From: Bugula neritina
Taxonomy: Eukaryota; Animalia; Bryozoa
DNA length: 64,000 bases
Reading direction: 5' to 3'
Assembly: GCA_964035545.1 (NCBI GenBank)
Contig: OZ037773.1
Coordinates: 2,881,751 to 2,945,750, forward strand
The notes beneath the pieces are model-generated. The model worked only from the letters and a program-made list of their open reading frames with translations. It made no database searches and was not told the origin of the DNA. A program made the position numbers and the translations under genes. Shown piece by piece: positions 41,488 to 57,558 of the stretch (its first letter is position 1; every line of letters starts with the position of its first letter).

Positions 41488-41924
41488 CTTAGCTGTAGTG
41501 GGAAATTCACACTTCTTCAAGCTTCAGTTTAACTCAAAATGATTCCAGTGATGGCTTTCAACTCTTTTATATTGTATATTATAATTATATTTTGTATATG
41601 TATCTTAGTAATAACACAATTGAATGTTTGTTATTTGCCAGGTAAACTATAAGACTATTTTCATTGGTTATTCGAGTTGATACACTATTTTATATAATAT
41701 AAATCTTAGATTAGGTATAGGCTTTCAAGTATATTAACCTGTGCATATCAATATGAACAATCGTAATTAGCTAGATTCTAAATAATTTATTACACTGTTG
41801 CTGGGAATAACCGCAAACAAAAGTTCGTTTTCTTTCAGCTGAAATAAATAGCAGTGTTGAGCATTCATATAAAATATATTTTTAATTAAATGTCACTATA
41901 TATACCAGTAATATATATACCATT

Positions 41925-42492
<568 letters not shown>

Positions 42493-42941
42493 TTCTTAAA
42501 TGTGGTTTCATAAGGGCTGCTCATAGGGGGCTTATATGCATTTGGTATATTTCGATACCATAGAGGGCCTATAAACAGAGCCCCCTCTGTTATCAGAATA
42601 TATCATATTTTTTTACTTTGAAATTGTCTTCTCATTTTTACTTTTTGAGTATTAAAAGCTATATTACATTTGTACTATACAAAGTATAGAAACTCAATTG
42701 GTTTTGTTCTACTTTGTCTGCTATAATTAATTCTCCAACAATTTCATTTAAACAAAAATTATTGTTCAAGCCTCAGAACTTTTATTCACACTATGCCATT
42801 AATCTCTGTAAGGAACTTATATAGCCATGCATTCAAAATAAAAAAAATTACACTTCAAATTCCTATGTTATACTGCCATTGGAATAATTCAGTTTTCTAC
42901 TGCAACTTCTAGAAATGCCACTCGACTCATATGCTGATGCC

Positions 42942-43134
<193 letters not shown>

Positions 43135-45320
43135 TAGGGGTGCAAGCTTATGAGATCCAAAAACACCCTAAATAAATACATTGCGGAAGTTGCTCTGTTC
43201 CATTCAAAATTATCACAAAATGTTAGTTATAGCCAATAGACTAGCGCCACAAATTCCTAAACTGAGATGGGACAACTCCTGATCCAGTTCTCAGTGCTTC
43301 CACTATTTCTAAATAATATTGTAGCAAAATCTTTAATAATTATTAAAGCTGAAGAAAATATATTCTAATACATATAAAAATATTGTGATGTGTACACAAA
43401 CACTGGCTCGTTAGAATAGAGGTATGCTAGCAAATAATAGAGGTATGGGAGTTAGTAATAGGGATGTGAGAAAAAGTACAGTAATAGGGTATGAGAGACA
43501 ATAATAAGCATAAGAGAATGAATAATGACTATAGGAAAGCCAATACATAATGGAGGCATGGGACTGAATAATAAGCATAAAAGAGAGAAAAATAATGGTA
43601 TGGAATGAATAATAGCAGTGTGAGACCAAATAATAGACCTAAGAGCACGAATAATAAGAGATAGGAGCAAATTATAGACCTATGAGAGTGTTTTGTGAGC
43701 ATATGAAAAAAAATAATAAAATAATTTTTGACCATTTGGCACTCCATAATATAGCATGACCTAAAAGGATTGAGTTGCATTGTAAGTGTGAATGTACATA
43801 TAGTATACCTATACAACTTACACAAGTTTATTAAGTAAAAGACAGTAATATAAGTCTAACAACAGCATATACAGCTGAAACAACAGCAGAAAACCCCAAT
43901 AAAATTGGACAATTCTAACAGAAGACAACTCTAACAACGGTAGACAAAAAGTTTAATAATTGTTTCTGTAAATAATTAGTTTGCATTACATCTTGTATTA
44001 CATAGATTATAATATTATAGTTTAATTTGCAAAAGTAGAAACAAGTTAATTCTTTTATTGACTAAAATAGCTAAAACTATTGCATTATAATTTTTTTTAT
44101 TATTCTGCTACAATCAGTACATGTAACTGTTGATTCTAGCAGAGAACAGCTGAGCGTTTACTAATGATATCATTTATTGATATAATCACCGGGTAAACTG
44201 CAAAATTATAAAAAATGAAAGTGAGTTCAATTTGAGATGGAAGGAATAAGAAGTTCTATGGTGAAACGGTGGTGACCAAATCACCAGCTGAAAGTTACTG
44301 CATGTGTGAAACAACTAGTAGTCAGAAAGGGACATTTTAAATTTGAGAAATCTACATTACATGTAACACATCTGAAAATTTTTTAATTTTCAATTTATAT
44401 CATCTTATTTTTACATTTGAATAGTAATTGTTAAATTCTAATTGCTATTGACTTTCAGTTTTTATTTAATTGATTGTGCATATCATAAGCTATTGGTTAG
44501 TTTACTCTAAAGTCTCTGTTTGTGTATTACTAAAGTTGACCCACATATTGCAATGAACATGACATGATATACAATATTGCAAAACACAGCTAATTGTTGC
44601 ACTTACTGCGTGACAAATAGCATTACACAATACCATGCACAATTGATTATGAGGTATATGTTCTTAATTCGCTATGCAGGTTACTTACCATGTACACGGG
44701 ATGTTATGTTATATGCATGGGCTACCACTGTGAATGCTATGCATTGGTTGGTTGCATGTGATGCACGAGCAACTCTGAATAATTAATTTGCTCTGAGATG
44801 AGTTAGATAGGAGGCTAAAAGTCACACCCAGTTTTTCCTACTATAATAAGTCATACTGAATACTATAATTAATGCATATAAGCTATTCATTTATTGACAT
44901 ATTCTTTGATCTTGCTATTTTAATCTTAGATTAAATTAGTCTTTTTTAGAAAAAGTTTGCAGTTTTCTAGGTGTAAAAACTCAGCAGTTACTTTTAGAAC
45001 TTTTTTTTAAAACTGAAAGATCAATTACTGAATAAAACTTCTAAAAAGTACAAGAGCTGTATAGAACTATATTGAATCATAATATTGTAGTGTACTGAAT
45101 ATATTTAAAGGAAACTCTGAGCTAATGGCTGATTCATGGCACAAGAGAGTTTGGGAGAGAAAAGAGTCCCCAGTGTTGTGTGCAATGAGCTCTTAAGAAA
45201 CTTATGGGGCTGAACCTTGTTTCTGATGGTGCAATAGGGAAAAGCTCACTCGGTACTACAAGGCTAAAAAGTGCTACATCACGCCTCAGTTATGCCCTCA
45301 GTGAATCAATCATATATTCC

Positions 45321-45557
45321 AGTAAAAATTACACAGGTAAAATTGGCATTGTAAAAATGGTACAGGTAATAATGGCACAAATGGCGCAGTAAGTAAAAAT
45401 AGCTGATTCTCAACACTATAGGGTTTAGGGTGAGAATTGGGGGTTTGAGGTTTGGGGTTGGAGTTTGAAAAAATTTAGCATCAATGTTTCATTCTTACCT
45501 AATTTTCCATTTGTGCCATTGTTACCTGTGCCATTATTATCTGTGTAATTTTTACCA
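45321..45557. mobile_element. MITE-like element with internally repetitive inverted arms and a G/T-rich core
   Basis: GTAAAAATTACACAG..TGGCA / TGCCA..CTGTGTAATTTTTAC and AATGGCACAAATGG / CCATTTGTGCCATT. Confidence 0.6.
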
Positions 45558-47186
45558 AAACCATTTTACACATCTCTGTGTTACAGTGAAGGAGCCAAAT
45601 TAATGCAAGTTTCCTTTTACCTGAACTATACTTATAGTAGGAATAAAGTGAAGTGTAACATTAGAAAGCTGAACAAAACAAAAATAATAAACCAATCAGG
45701 AAATTCTTTTTTGTAATATTCCTTGCATTTCTAATTTCTTCAATATTTATGAAAACGCATTTGAAAGAGTTGCTTTCACTTTCCAAGCATATTATTTATT
45801 AAATAGGCTGATTAAAGAAGTGTATGCAGATCATAAAGGAATACAGATATAGTTTGACAAGATAAATAGTTGTGTCATACAGAAACTAAAGTTCATTACA
45901 TGGCAGATTAAGGAGTAGTATAGAGAATATCAGGTACATCTGATGAAACAATATATCATGCCATAGGCTCCGCCCATCTATCAATTTTTAGTCACAAGTT
46001 TTTTGAGAAATAGTTTCATAGGTGTAAAACATTTGTAGAAAGTATTTTAAACATCAAACTAAAATTACTCAAATAATTGCATATTTAAAATTTCATGATG
46101 CCCCCTTGAAAATGGGCCAACCCCTGCATATCCACCCCTTTTATGCGAGAACCTCTCAGTTATTTGCAGATCTGAAATCATTAGAATGTTGGCTTCGCAG
46201 TGATATATAGCAACAAAGGTTAGTATTGATGAGCTCCATCAGCCAATTTTTGCATGCTGGCTCCCTCACTAATAATGACTATGAAACGTTGACTATGCCA
46301 GCAGAAACTCTAGAATTACAATATTGGTTATATGGAGGGCCAAATATACGAGTAGTAGAGAAAGCATATTGTACAAGAAAGTGCATATGAAAATAAAGCA
46401 CATAGATGAAAGGTATTACAAGTTAAATATATTTAAACATAACGATATTTAGGTAGCTCCAAAGACCATTAACATTTTTGTTAACATTGATATTGACATT
46501 AACATTGAGCTTAGTGTAGAACTTGTTAATGTTGAGCTGGTAAAATGAGAGATTAGAGTTGAGGTGACATAACTGCTTGTGTCAAACTTGCTCTATATAG
46601 TTCAACTTGAGCTGTAACTACAATTTTGTAGCTTTTTGTTGTTAGAAATGCACTAGGCAAGCAGTAACTGTTTGCTGCAGAACTTCTACATGGACTGGAT
46701 CCAGATCCACCACGAAAGCTCAAGAAAACAGCTGAACTACTTTCATTTTGGCAGGCAGAGTTAAAAGTCACATCTTTTTCTATCTTGTTTGAGTGCAGAA
46801 TGTCTACATGAGCCAAGTAGTTGGGTGTTGACCCCATTTTATTTTATCACATGAAATGTTTTTTACAAAGGCTAAGATTTAATAAGCTTTCACGTATAAC
46901 ATCACAGAATATGATTACTTACAATAGCAAACAACATTGAGCATTGTGATGGAGTTTGATACTACACTCTAATAAGATATGCTACAGAGAGTATCTCTAC
47001 CTTACATTGTTAGAGCTTTTTATTTCTTTAGTATGTCTAATTTTTGAACAAAATAGGTTTAGGAAAATAAGTTATAAAAAAATGAGAAAAACCAGAAACG
47101 TTAATTTTATAGCTGCAGTTATATCATTGTAATAAACATGAGAATTAGAGTTTCATTATTAGTGTTATTGTTACATGTTAAAATCC

Positions 47187-48837
47187 TTAAAACAGGAACT
47201 TCATAACGACAGCACAGACGAGAGCAGCGGAGTAGGTCAGCTGACTTCCTCCGTTACATAAGTTACCATCACAGGTGCATGTCCAGGTTTCAGTCTTGAC
47301 TCCAAGAAAATTAAATTTCAAACGGTCGCTTTGCGCACAGTTGGCTACATAACTTCCCCCACACAATCTTTCCACTGTAAAAAAAGTAAAGCTTTTGTCA
47401 GTAGTGAACACTTAAAATTCTCCAACTTTGACTTGGACATTTTTTCAGATATCAGTCCTTATGTTGACAATTTGGAAAAATTAACAGAGTGATGGTAGTG
47501 ATAAGGCATGACAATTTCATAGAGATAATTTTTTTATTTCAAGTTCATAAAGTAATATTATGAAATTTAAAAACCTTTCTACTATGCATGACTGAGTAAA
47601 TGTCTCACACTCCTTCCTTATAAAACAACTCATCTGGGTTTATAATAGTCACTAAAACTGTTAGAACCTCTAAAGAAAATCTTTTCCATTAGTATAATAA
47701 AAACTGGGTTTCTAGCCTGGCGAAAAAACAATTATGATTTGATGTCCTTTCTAACATTATCAATGGCATTTACAGACGATCAAACTATGACTTCCTGTTT
47801 TCTAAGTCACTGCTCCAACCCCTAAGCTACTGCTCTAACCTCTAGACTACTGCTCCAACCTCTAGACTACTGCTCTAACCTGTAGACTACTGCTCTAACC
47901 TGTAGACTACTGCTCTAACTCCTAAGCTACGTACAGCTGCTCTCTACACTTCTTCCTTTAATTGAGTTCATACTGGTAACTAAACATAACACTAATTTTA
48001 TAATTTGCAAATTAAAAACTAATTGGAAAGTTTTACAATCACCCATAACTGAAACATTCATACATACAATGTTGTGTTTCTACATCTTTCACTATTCTAG
48101 AATACATACATACATACATACCTACAGTAACCTGAGCACCAAATGCTTTTCCTTTGGTTTTCTCTTTGGTACAGGCACCATTATCAACATAATTAAGATT
48201 ATTAGAGCTGCAGTCAACTTCGTGAGCGGAAACTCCTGTGTACTCATCACTACATTTGTCATCAACAGAACTGTCACAGACGTAGCAAGACGTGCCAGCA
48301 GCAAGAGAGAAAGCAAGTAACCCTGTAAATCATGAACCTTATCTGATAAAAACACTATATTTTATGACTGAACAATAATATTAGCCTGCCACTTTTTATT
48401 TTAACTTATAGGTTTTTTAGATAAAGCTATGCTATTCAGCAGGTGTCTGTGTCTGGAACACATGCACAGAGTTAAGAGTGAACTCAATAAAGTACACCTC
48501 CTCGCATTTCAAACTATTGCTTATAATAACTCATATCACTAGCATGTTTTACATAACAATATAAAGGTATTTAAGCTTCTTATATAATTATATTATATCA
48601 ATATATATTATATATAGTATGATTATACTAATATAAATAGTTATATTATGGCATATAATATACATTTCTGATGTATGATTATATAATTACATATAAAGTA
48701 TAATATATAGCTATGCTAAATGTATTTACATGTTACATTAATGTATATAATTACATATAATACAATTAAAGTAAAGTGAAGTAAAGTAATGTACAAAACT
48801 TACCACACAGGAGAGTGAGAGCAGTTGAAGCATACAT
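47187..48837 (-). CDS. GPI-anchored Ly6/uPAR three-finger protein, Quiver-like (paralogue D, 140 aa)
   Basis: Exons 48804-48837, 48122-48322, 47187-47374. MYASTALTLLCGLLAFSLAAGTSCYVCDSSVDDKCSDEYTGVSAHEVDC...WTCTCDGNLCNGGSQLTYSAALVCAVVMKFLF. The ORF track shows a wrong frame for exon 2. Confidence 0.93.
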
Positions 48838-50925
48838 TTTGGCTGTTGGAGTTAGAAACACACGTCTGTATTGGAGCTTAGCTGGGCACAAAATGAATGG
48901 CACTACACATTTATTAGCTCTGAATTGTTTCCATGTGATACAAAGCTCAGTGAATCCTTTAGAATTCTTGTAAAAAGGGAGAGAATACTTGTAAGTTAAT
49001 TCCTTAAGAGTATGCTTCATGCAATGTTACATTATACAATGTGATTGGTGAATGTTGGTAGGATGATGGTCATGGTACATGCACCATTGCTTTAATATTA
49101 CATTATTCACTCTAAGTAGAAAGTAGTCAAATAGGCACCAAAATAGCTACATCATACATGCACTGGTTAATAACCATGACAATGAATACAGACAATATAT
49201 TCAGCTATTGAGTACTCCAAACTAATCTTTCAGTAATACTAATGGTTAGAAAAGTATAGTGGCTATTGCTATCTGTCATAATGAGTAACTGTAATCACTA
49301 AAATCAGTCTTCGTTTATGTAAAGGTACTATTAAATTCTGCTGTTTATATTTAGTTCACTCACCTGCAGTGGTCGAAGCTACTTTGCTAAAGATCAATCT
49401 ATAAAACAGCTGTTTAGTACAAATTTATATTTGGTTGCATAGAGTGGATGCTAATTGGCAGCATTAATATATAATATTTTGATTTTGTATATATATCTGG
49501 TCCTTGTACCATGTATTACGTTTGACTTGTACTTAGATCGTATAACTTTGACTGTAGACTATGTATAAACACAGGGAATTTTTTGCTCTATAATTTGATG
49601 AAATATTATACATTGTATTTGTACAAACTGGGGCTATTTTCAAGATGTTACACAACTAACTTAGCTAAGGTTCTGCAGTTTACACTACTAGGGCAAAATC
49701 AAGTCTTAAAGTGAATTAAGAAGTCAAACTTTCTTGTAAGAGAAGGAGCTAAAAGCTTCAGTCATCTTAAATAGTCTGCTTCATAAATTTATCTCCATAG
49801 AGTTATCTCCCTACAGTTATCTCTCCTATTTCTCTAGAGTTATATCCCTACATTTAGTTCCTTGGAGTTATTTCCCCATTATTGTCTCTTTGGAGTTATC
49901 TTACTAAAATTATCGTCCTAGAGTCATCTCCTTTGAGTGCTAACTGGATAGCTGACAAAAGTAACTTTCATGTTGCCATGCATGGCCACATTGTTTTTGT
50001 AGCGACACAGAAATTCACTTGAAACAGAATGTGGTATACAGTAAACATTCTTTTTTTAAAAATTATTGTTTTACTTTTGATGATATAATGGCTATACTAT
50101 ATTAGGCTACTGCATTTTCATGTAGCATGTGCTCTAATGTACTTAAAAACAAGAAGGTTGACAAAAGCAAAAACTTTCGAAATTTGATTGGAACTAAATC
50201 CAAGCTAAGAGAATTTGGTCATAATTACTTATTCATATTTATATTATGGTTATACAGATTATACAGATTAACATATGAGTATTCACATTGTTATTATATC
50301 TCCATAACAATGGTTCATGATCTGTGATTTCATAAATCATTTTGAGGAAATTAATTCTCTGATTTGTGCTTCCTTTATAAGGGTTTTTATGTTGTAAAGT
50401 AATTATATTTCAACATTTTGATATTTGTGACTTTTTTTCAAAGTAATTGTAAAAAGTACTCTGCTGTTGCTGTTTATTATTATTAAGTTTCATTTTAATC
50501 AGTTTTGAAGATGATTAAACTTCTAAGTTTTAGAGAATTACAGGCTAAATAAATTGTTCAACGCATACAGTATTTTTGCATATAAAATACTGCACTATAT
50601 AATGAGGTTGCAATAATGATGATGTTTGACAAGATTGAAGATTTTAAGATAGTCACCTTAGCATAGAAATCACATGTTTATAGATGAATTAAAACAACAA
50701 TGCATGTTTAGCTTTTAGAAATTAAGAAAACCAACATTTTAATTAAAAATTCAAGTTTCCTTTATTTTTACACAAATTTCTAACACAATTAAAAACATGA
50801 AAAAAATTATTATGTTATTAAAGTCCACTCTTTTGTCATATCAATTAATTTTTGTCAAAGAACTTTATTCATAATGAACTAGAGTTTGACAGGTAGCCAT
50901 ATAATTTATTGCCATGTGAAGATCA

Positions 50926-52984
<2,059 letters not shown>

Positions 52985-53447
52985 TTTGGCTGTTGGAGTT
53001 AGAAACACATTTCCTTATGGGATCTCAGCTAAACTCAAAATGAATTGCACTACGCATCTGTTAGCTCTGAATTGTTTCCTTGTGATAGGAAAAGTCCTTT
53101 GTCAGGTTACATGAAGTTCAGTGAATTCTTCAGAATTCTTGCAAAAAGGGAGAGAATACTTGTACATTTCCTTAAGAGTATACAGAATGCAATGTTATGC
53201 TATACAATGTGATTGGTGAATGTTGGTAGGATGATGGTCATGGTACATTGTGTTCTAGTATTACATTATTCACTCTAAGTGAAAATAAGTCAAATTGGCA
53301 TTAAAAGTAGTTACTTCATATGTGCACATGACAATAAATGCAGACAATACGTTCCGCTATTAAGAGCTGTAAAATAATATTTCAGCAATACTAATGATTG
53401 AGAAAGTAAAATGGCTACTGCTAACAAATTTATAACAAATGACTATA

Positions 53448-54178
53448 CACAGAATAGTTAAGGGCATCCTCACTTAGAATATCATAAATTTCTCTCAAAT
53501 TTTGTAGTTTAAGTTCTCCTATAATATGGCTCTGTGGGTGGCATGCCTGTTGCCTGAGCCTGAGGTCAAACTACAACCAATATGCAGCAACCTCAATCAG
53601 GGCTGCAACGTCTATCAACATTCCAGTATAGATGTTCCATAAATAAAATGCACCACATGCTAGTCATTATATAGCCTGTGACTAGTGATGTAAGCGCCAA
53701 TATCTTCTCACCTCTACTTGTTCACTGAAGCTCGAAGTGCTGAGCAGTGCTAATTACCTAGGAGAAAATATAACAGTTTAAGTGTATAAATCACTAATTT
53801 ATATAAAATCTAAAAGAGTTATTGGAAAAAAAAATAAAGAAGCACTGCAGAAATTTCTCTAGATACCAACCGTGCTTTATTCAGATATCTTGTTTTCACG
53901 CTGAGATATTTTTCTAGTACTGCAAAGTCAACTTTTCCGGCAAAATTGACCAAAAATGGGCAGATTTTTGTTTTTAACTTTAGAAAATTAAATGAAAATT
54001 GAAAATTCCAAAAAAGTTGCACTGGGAAAAAAAATTTACAACATAGTTTTTAAATTTTGATTCTATAGCCCAATTAGGTGCGATTTTATTTTACTGGTAC
54101 TGAGGTCCTATAATATGATTACAATGCAAACCTCAGCGAGACAGTTTCAGCTAATAGGTTGCCCTTAACTATCCTGTG
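53448..54178. mobile_element. 731-bp MITE with 19-bp TIRs and TA target-site duplication
   Basis: TA-CACAGAATAGTTAAGGGCA...TGCCCTTAACTATCCTGTG-TA (1 mismatch); paralogous empty sites upstream of D (about 49290) and F (about 58033). Confidence 0.9.
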
Positions 54179-55006
54179 TAATCACCAGTTGTGCAGCTTC
54201 CTTGTTTATGTGAAGGTACTAATACATTCTGCTGTGTATATTTAGTTCACCCACCTGCAGTGTTTGAAGCTACTTTGCTAAAAATCAATCTATAAAACAG
54301 CAGTTTAGTACAAATTTATAATTGGTTGCATAGAGTGGATTTTAGTTGGCAGCATTTATATAGTTTTTTGGTTCTGTATATATTTTATACTTGCACAGTG
54401 TATTACAGTTGTACTTAGATAATATAACTTTGGCTGTAGCCCAAGTAACGCAGGATCTTTTTTGCTCTGTAGTTTGATAAAATGTTATAGATTGTATTAG
54501 GGCTCAAGCTGGGGCTTTTTTCAAGATGTTACACAACTAACTTAGCTAAGGTTCTGTTTATACTACTACTGCAAAAACAAGTTTCAAACTGAATAATAAA
54601 AATGAACTTTTTTTAAGAGAAGGAGCTAAAAGCTTCAGTCAGCTTGATTAGTCTGCTTTGTAAATTTATCTCCATAGAGTTATCTCCCTACAGTTATCTC
54701 TCCTATTTCTCTAGAGTTATCTCCCTAGATTTAGTTCCTTGGAGTTATTTCCCCATTATTGGCTTTTTGGAGTTATCTTACTAAAGTTATCATCCTAGAG
54801 TCCGATCTCCTTTGAGTGCTAACTGGATAGCTGACAAAAGTAACTTCCATGTTGTCATGCATGCATGGGCACATTGTTTTGTAACAACACAAAATCACTT
54901 GAAACAGAATGTGGTATATAATAAACATTCTTGTAAAAATTGTTGTTTTATTTTTGATGATATAATGGCTATACTATATTAGGCTACTGTATTTTTATGT
55001 AGCATA

Positions 55007-55218
55007 TCTCAGGCCAGTTTATAGTCGCTCTCCCTTAGAAAAACCCTGATAGAGATGGTTGTTGTTAGAACGAACTAGAAAGACGTGTCTAGATGAGGTA
55101 CAGAAGCAATTATGACTGGATGCTCTTCCTAACATCATCAATGGCCTTTGTCTGGGTTTGAACCTATGACCTCGTGTTCACTAAGCAAACACTCTAACCC
55201 CTAGACCACGGTTGCTCT
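55007..55218 (-). mobile_element. tRNA-derived SINE with a 15-bp target-site duplication
   Basis: Flanked by TTTTTATGTAGCATA (54992) and TTTTCATGTACCATA (55219); empty site TTTTCATGTAGCAT in the paralogous blocks at about 50115 and 58552. Confidence 0.88.
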
Positions 55219-56002
55219 TTTTCATGTACCATATTATTTAGTGTAATTAAAAGCAAGAAGAGTGACAAAAGTAAAAAACTTCAAATTTTGATTAAAACTA
55301 AAGCCAAGCTAAGAGAATTTGGTCATATATACTTACTGCCTGAAATTCATTATTTGAAGAGTTACCGAAATATTGTTATACATATTGATATATAAGTATT
55401 TACTTTGTTATTGTGTTCCCATAACGATGGTTCATAGCCTGTGATATCATAAATCACATTGAAGAAAATAATTCTCTGGTTTTGTGCTCCTTTTATAAAT
55501 GTTTTTATGTTGTGAAGTAACTATATTTCAATATTTTGATATTTGTGACTTTTGTAAACGTAATTGTAAAAAGTACTCTGCATATTATTGTTAATTATAA
55601 TTAAGTTTTATTTTAATAAATATGGGAGATTATTTAACTTTTAAGTTTTACAGACTTATGAGTTCGATAAATCGTGCAACAAATAAAACAGTTTTGCATA
55701 TAAAATACAACACTATATGTAATAAGATCGCAATAATAATTATGTCTGACAAGATCGAAGGTTTCAAGACAATCACATTAGCATAAAAACCACATGTTTT
55801 TGAATGAATTATAACCACATAGATTAGCTTCTAGAAAAAGAACCAACAATTTTTATAAGCCTTTTTAGTTTCCTTTATTTTTACACAAATTTTGACAAAA
55901 TTGAATACAAGAAAAAATAGTATTTTATTGAAAACAACTTCTTTTTCATAATAAACTGCAGTTTGACAGGAAAACATTTAATATATTGTCATATGAAGAT
56001 CT

Positions 56003-57558
56003 TTAAAACAGGAACTTCATAACGACAGCGCAGACAAGAGCAGCAGAGTAGGTCAGCTGACTTCCCCCGTTACACAAATCTCCTTCACAGGTGCATTGCC
56101 ATCTGTCTGTTCTGATTCCCCGAAAATTTACTTTTGTACGATCTTTTTGCTCACAATTGCCTACAAAACTTCCTCCACACCATCTGCGCACTGTAAATAA
56201 GTAAAGCTTGATTTAGTAGTGAACACAGCTGTTGCACTGCTTTAAACATTCTCCCTTTTAGTTGGACATTTTTTATGGTAACATGCAGTCCTTACGTTAG
56301 CAATTTAGGAAATTTAACAGAGGGTTTAAACTAAATGCATTAAATAAGGATACGGTGCTGGCAATTAGACATGACAGCTTTATACAAAAAAAACTTGTTA
56401 TTCCAAGTTTATAAAGTGTGACTATCCACTTTACGAACAAAACCCAAAGGCCCCACATTTGTTTTTAATAAAAAACTCATTTCTCAATCTAGAGTCTAGA
56501 CTGTCATAGTTAAACATAACACCAACATTGTTATTTGCAAGTTGAAAAATTTAAATAATTCTACCATCACCCATAGCAGAAGCATTTATATACACAATGC
56601 TGTGTTTCACCTTTCCAGAATACATACATATACATACCATAAGTAAACGTAGCACCCATTCCTTTCACCTTGTTTTTCTCTTTGCTACAGGTACCGTTAC
56701 TAGTTGAACTATAAAGGCTGCAGTCAACTTCATGATCTGAGTATCCTGTGTACTCATCACTACATCTGTCATCAGTCTCACTGTCACATTCATAGCAAGA
56801 TGTGCCGGCAGTAAGAGAGAAAGTAATTAACCCTGTAAACCATAAACCTCATTTAAAAAAGCACGTACTATATTTTACAAGTTTGGGTGATCTTAGCCTG
56901 CCACTTTTTATTTTAACTTATAAGTTTTTTAGTACTTTAACTTGGATAAAGCTATGCTATTCAGCAGGTGTCTGTGTCTGGAACACATGCACAGAGTGAA
57001 CTCAATATAGTACACCTCCTTGCATTTCAAACTATATTGCTTATAATAACTCATCTCATTTGTGGGTTCATATCACTAGCACACTTTGCATGACACAATA
57101 CAAATATTATAACTTAATATTTAACTATATTATAGTAATATATAGAGTTGCATATGTTATAAATACATCATACTATAAGTTATAAATATAATTGCATATA
57201 TGATATAGTTATATTGAATATAGTTATATTCTCACATATGATATAGCATTATATTATAATATTGTATAATTACATATAACATAGTTGTGCTGATTGAACT
57301 TGGCATCAAGAAGGAACCCGCCATTTGCTCAGGAATGCTTGGCGGTGAAAGGTGAACAAAGGTGATCATATAACATAGTTATGCTATATGTAGCTACATG
57401 TTAAATTATTATAGAATTACATATAACAACATTATATTAGATTAATATGGAATTACATATAATACATATAACACTATTATATAGGTTATAGTGTTCGTGT
57501 AGTACAGTGACATACAAAACTTACCACAAAGGAGGGTGAGAGCAGTTGAAGCATACAT
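56003..57558 (-). CDS. GPI-anchored Ly6/uPAR three-finger protein, Quiver-like (paralogue F, 138 aa)
   Basis: Exons 57525-57558, 56638-56832, 56003-56190. MYASTALTLLCGLITFSLTAGTSCYECDSETDDRC...WQCTCEGDLCNGGSQLTYSAALVCAVVMKFLF. Confidence 0.93.
57292..57366 (+). mobile_element. 75-bp insertion with a 19-bp TSD, probable 5'-truncated non-LTR retroelement end
   Basis: Flanked by CATATAACATAGTT(G/A)TGCT at 57273-57291 and 57367-57385; internal stem CCGCCA...TGGCGG; ends in a repeated AAAGGTGA. Orientation is inferred. Confidence 0.6.

Noticed and set aside
45418-45470. TTTAGGG/GGGGTT telomere-like run
   Set aside because: Only a few degenerate units forming the core of a MITE-like element, not a telomeric array.
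45936-45955. CTGATGAAAC as another hammerhead core
   Set aside because: No stem II between the core segments and no flanking stems.
46553-46837. 94-aa ORF between paralogues C and D
   Set aside because: No LU cysteine pattern, signal peptide or supporting splice structure.
48122-48355. ORF-track peptides MFLSDKV... (also 51892-52077)
   Set aside because: Wrong reading frame of Ly6 exon 2; the spliced frame gives the cysteine pattern.
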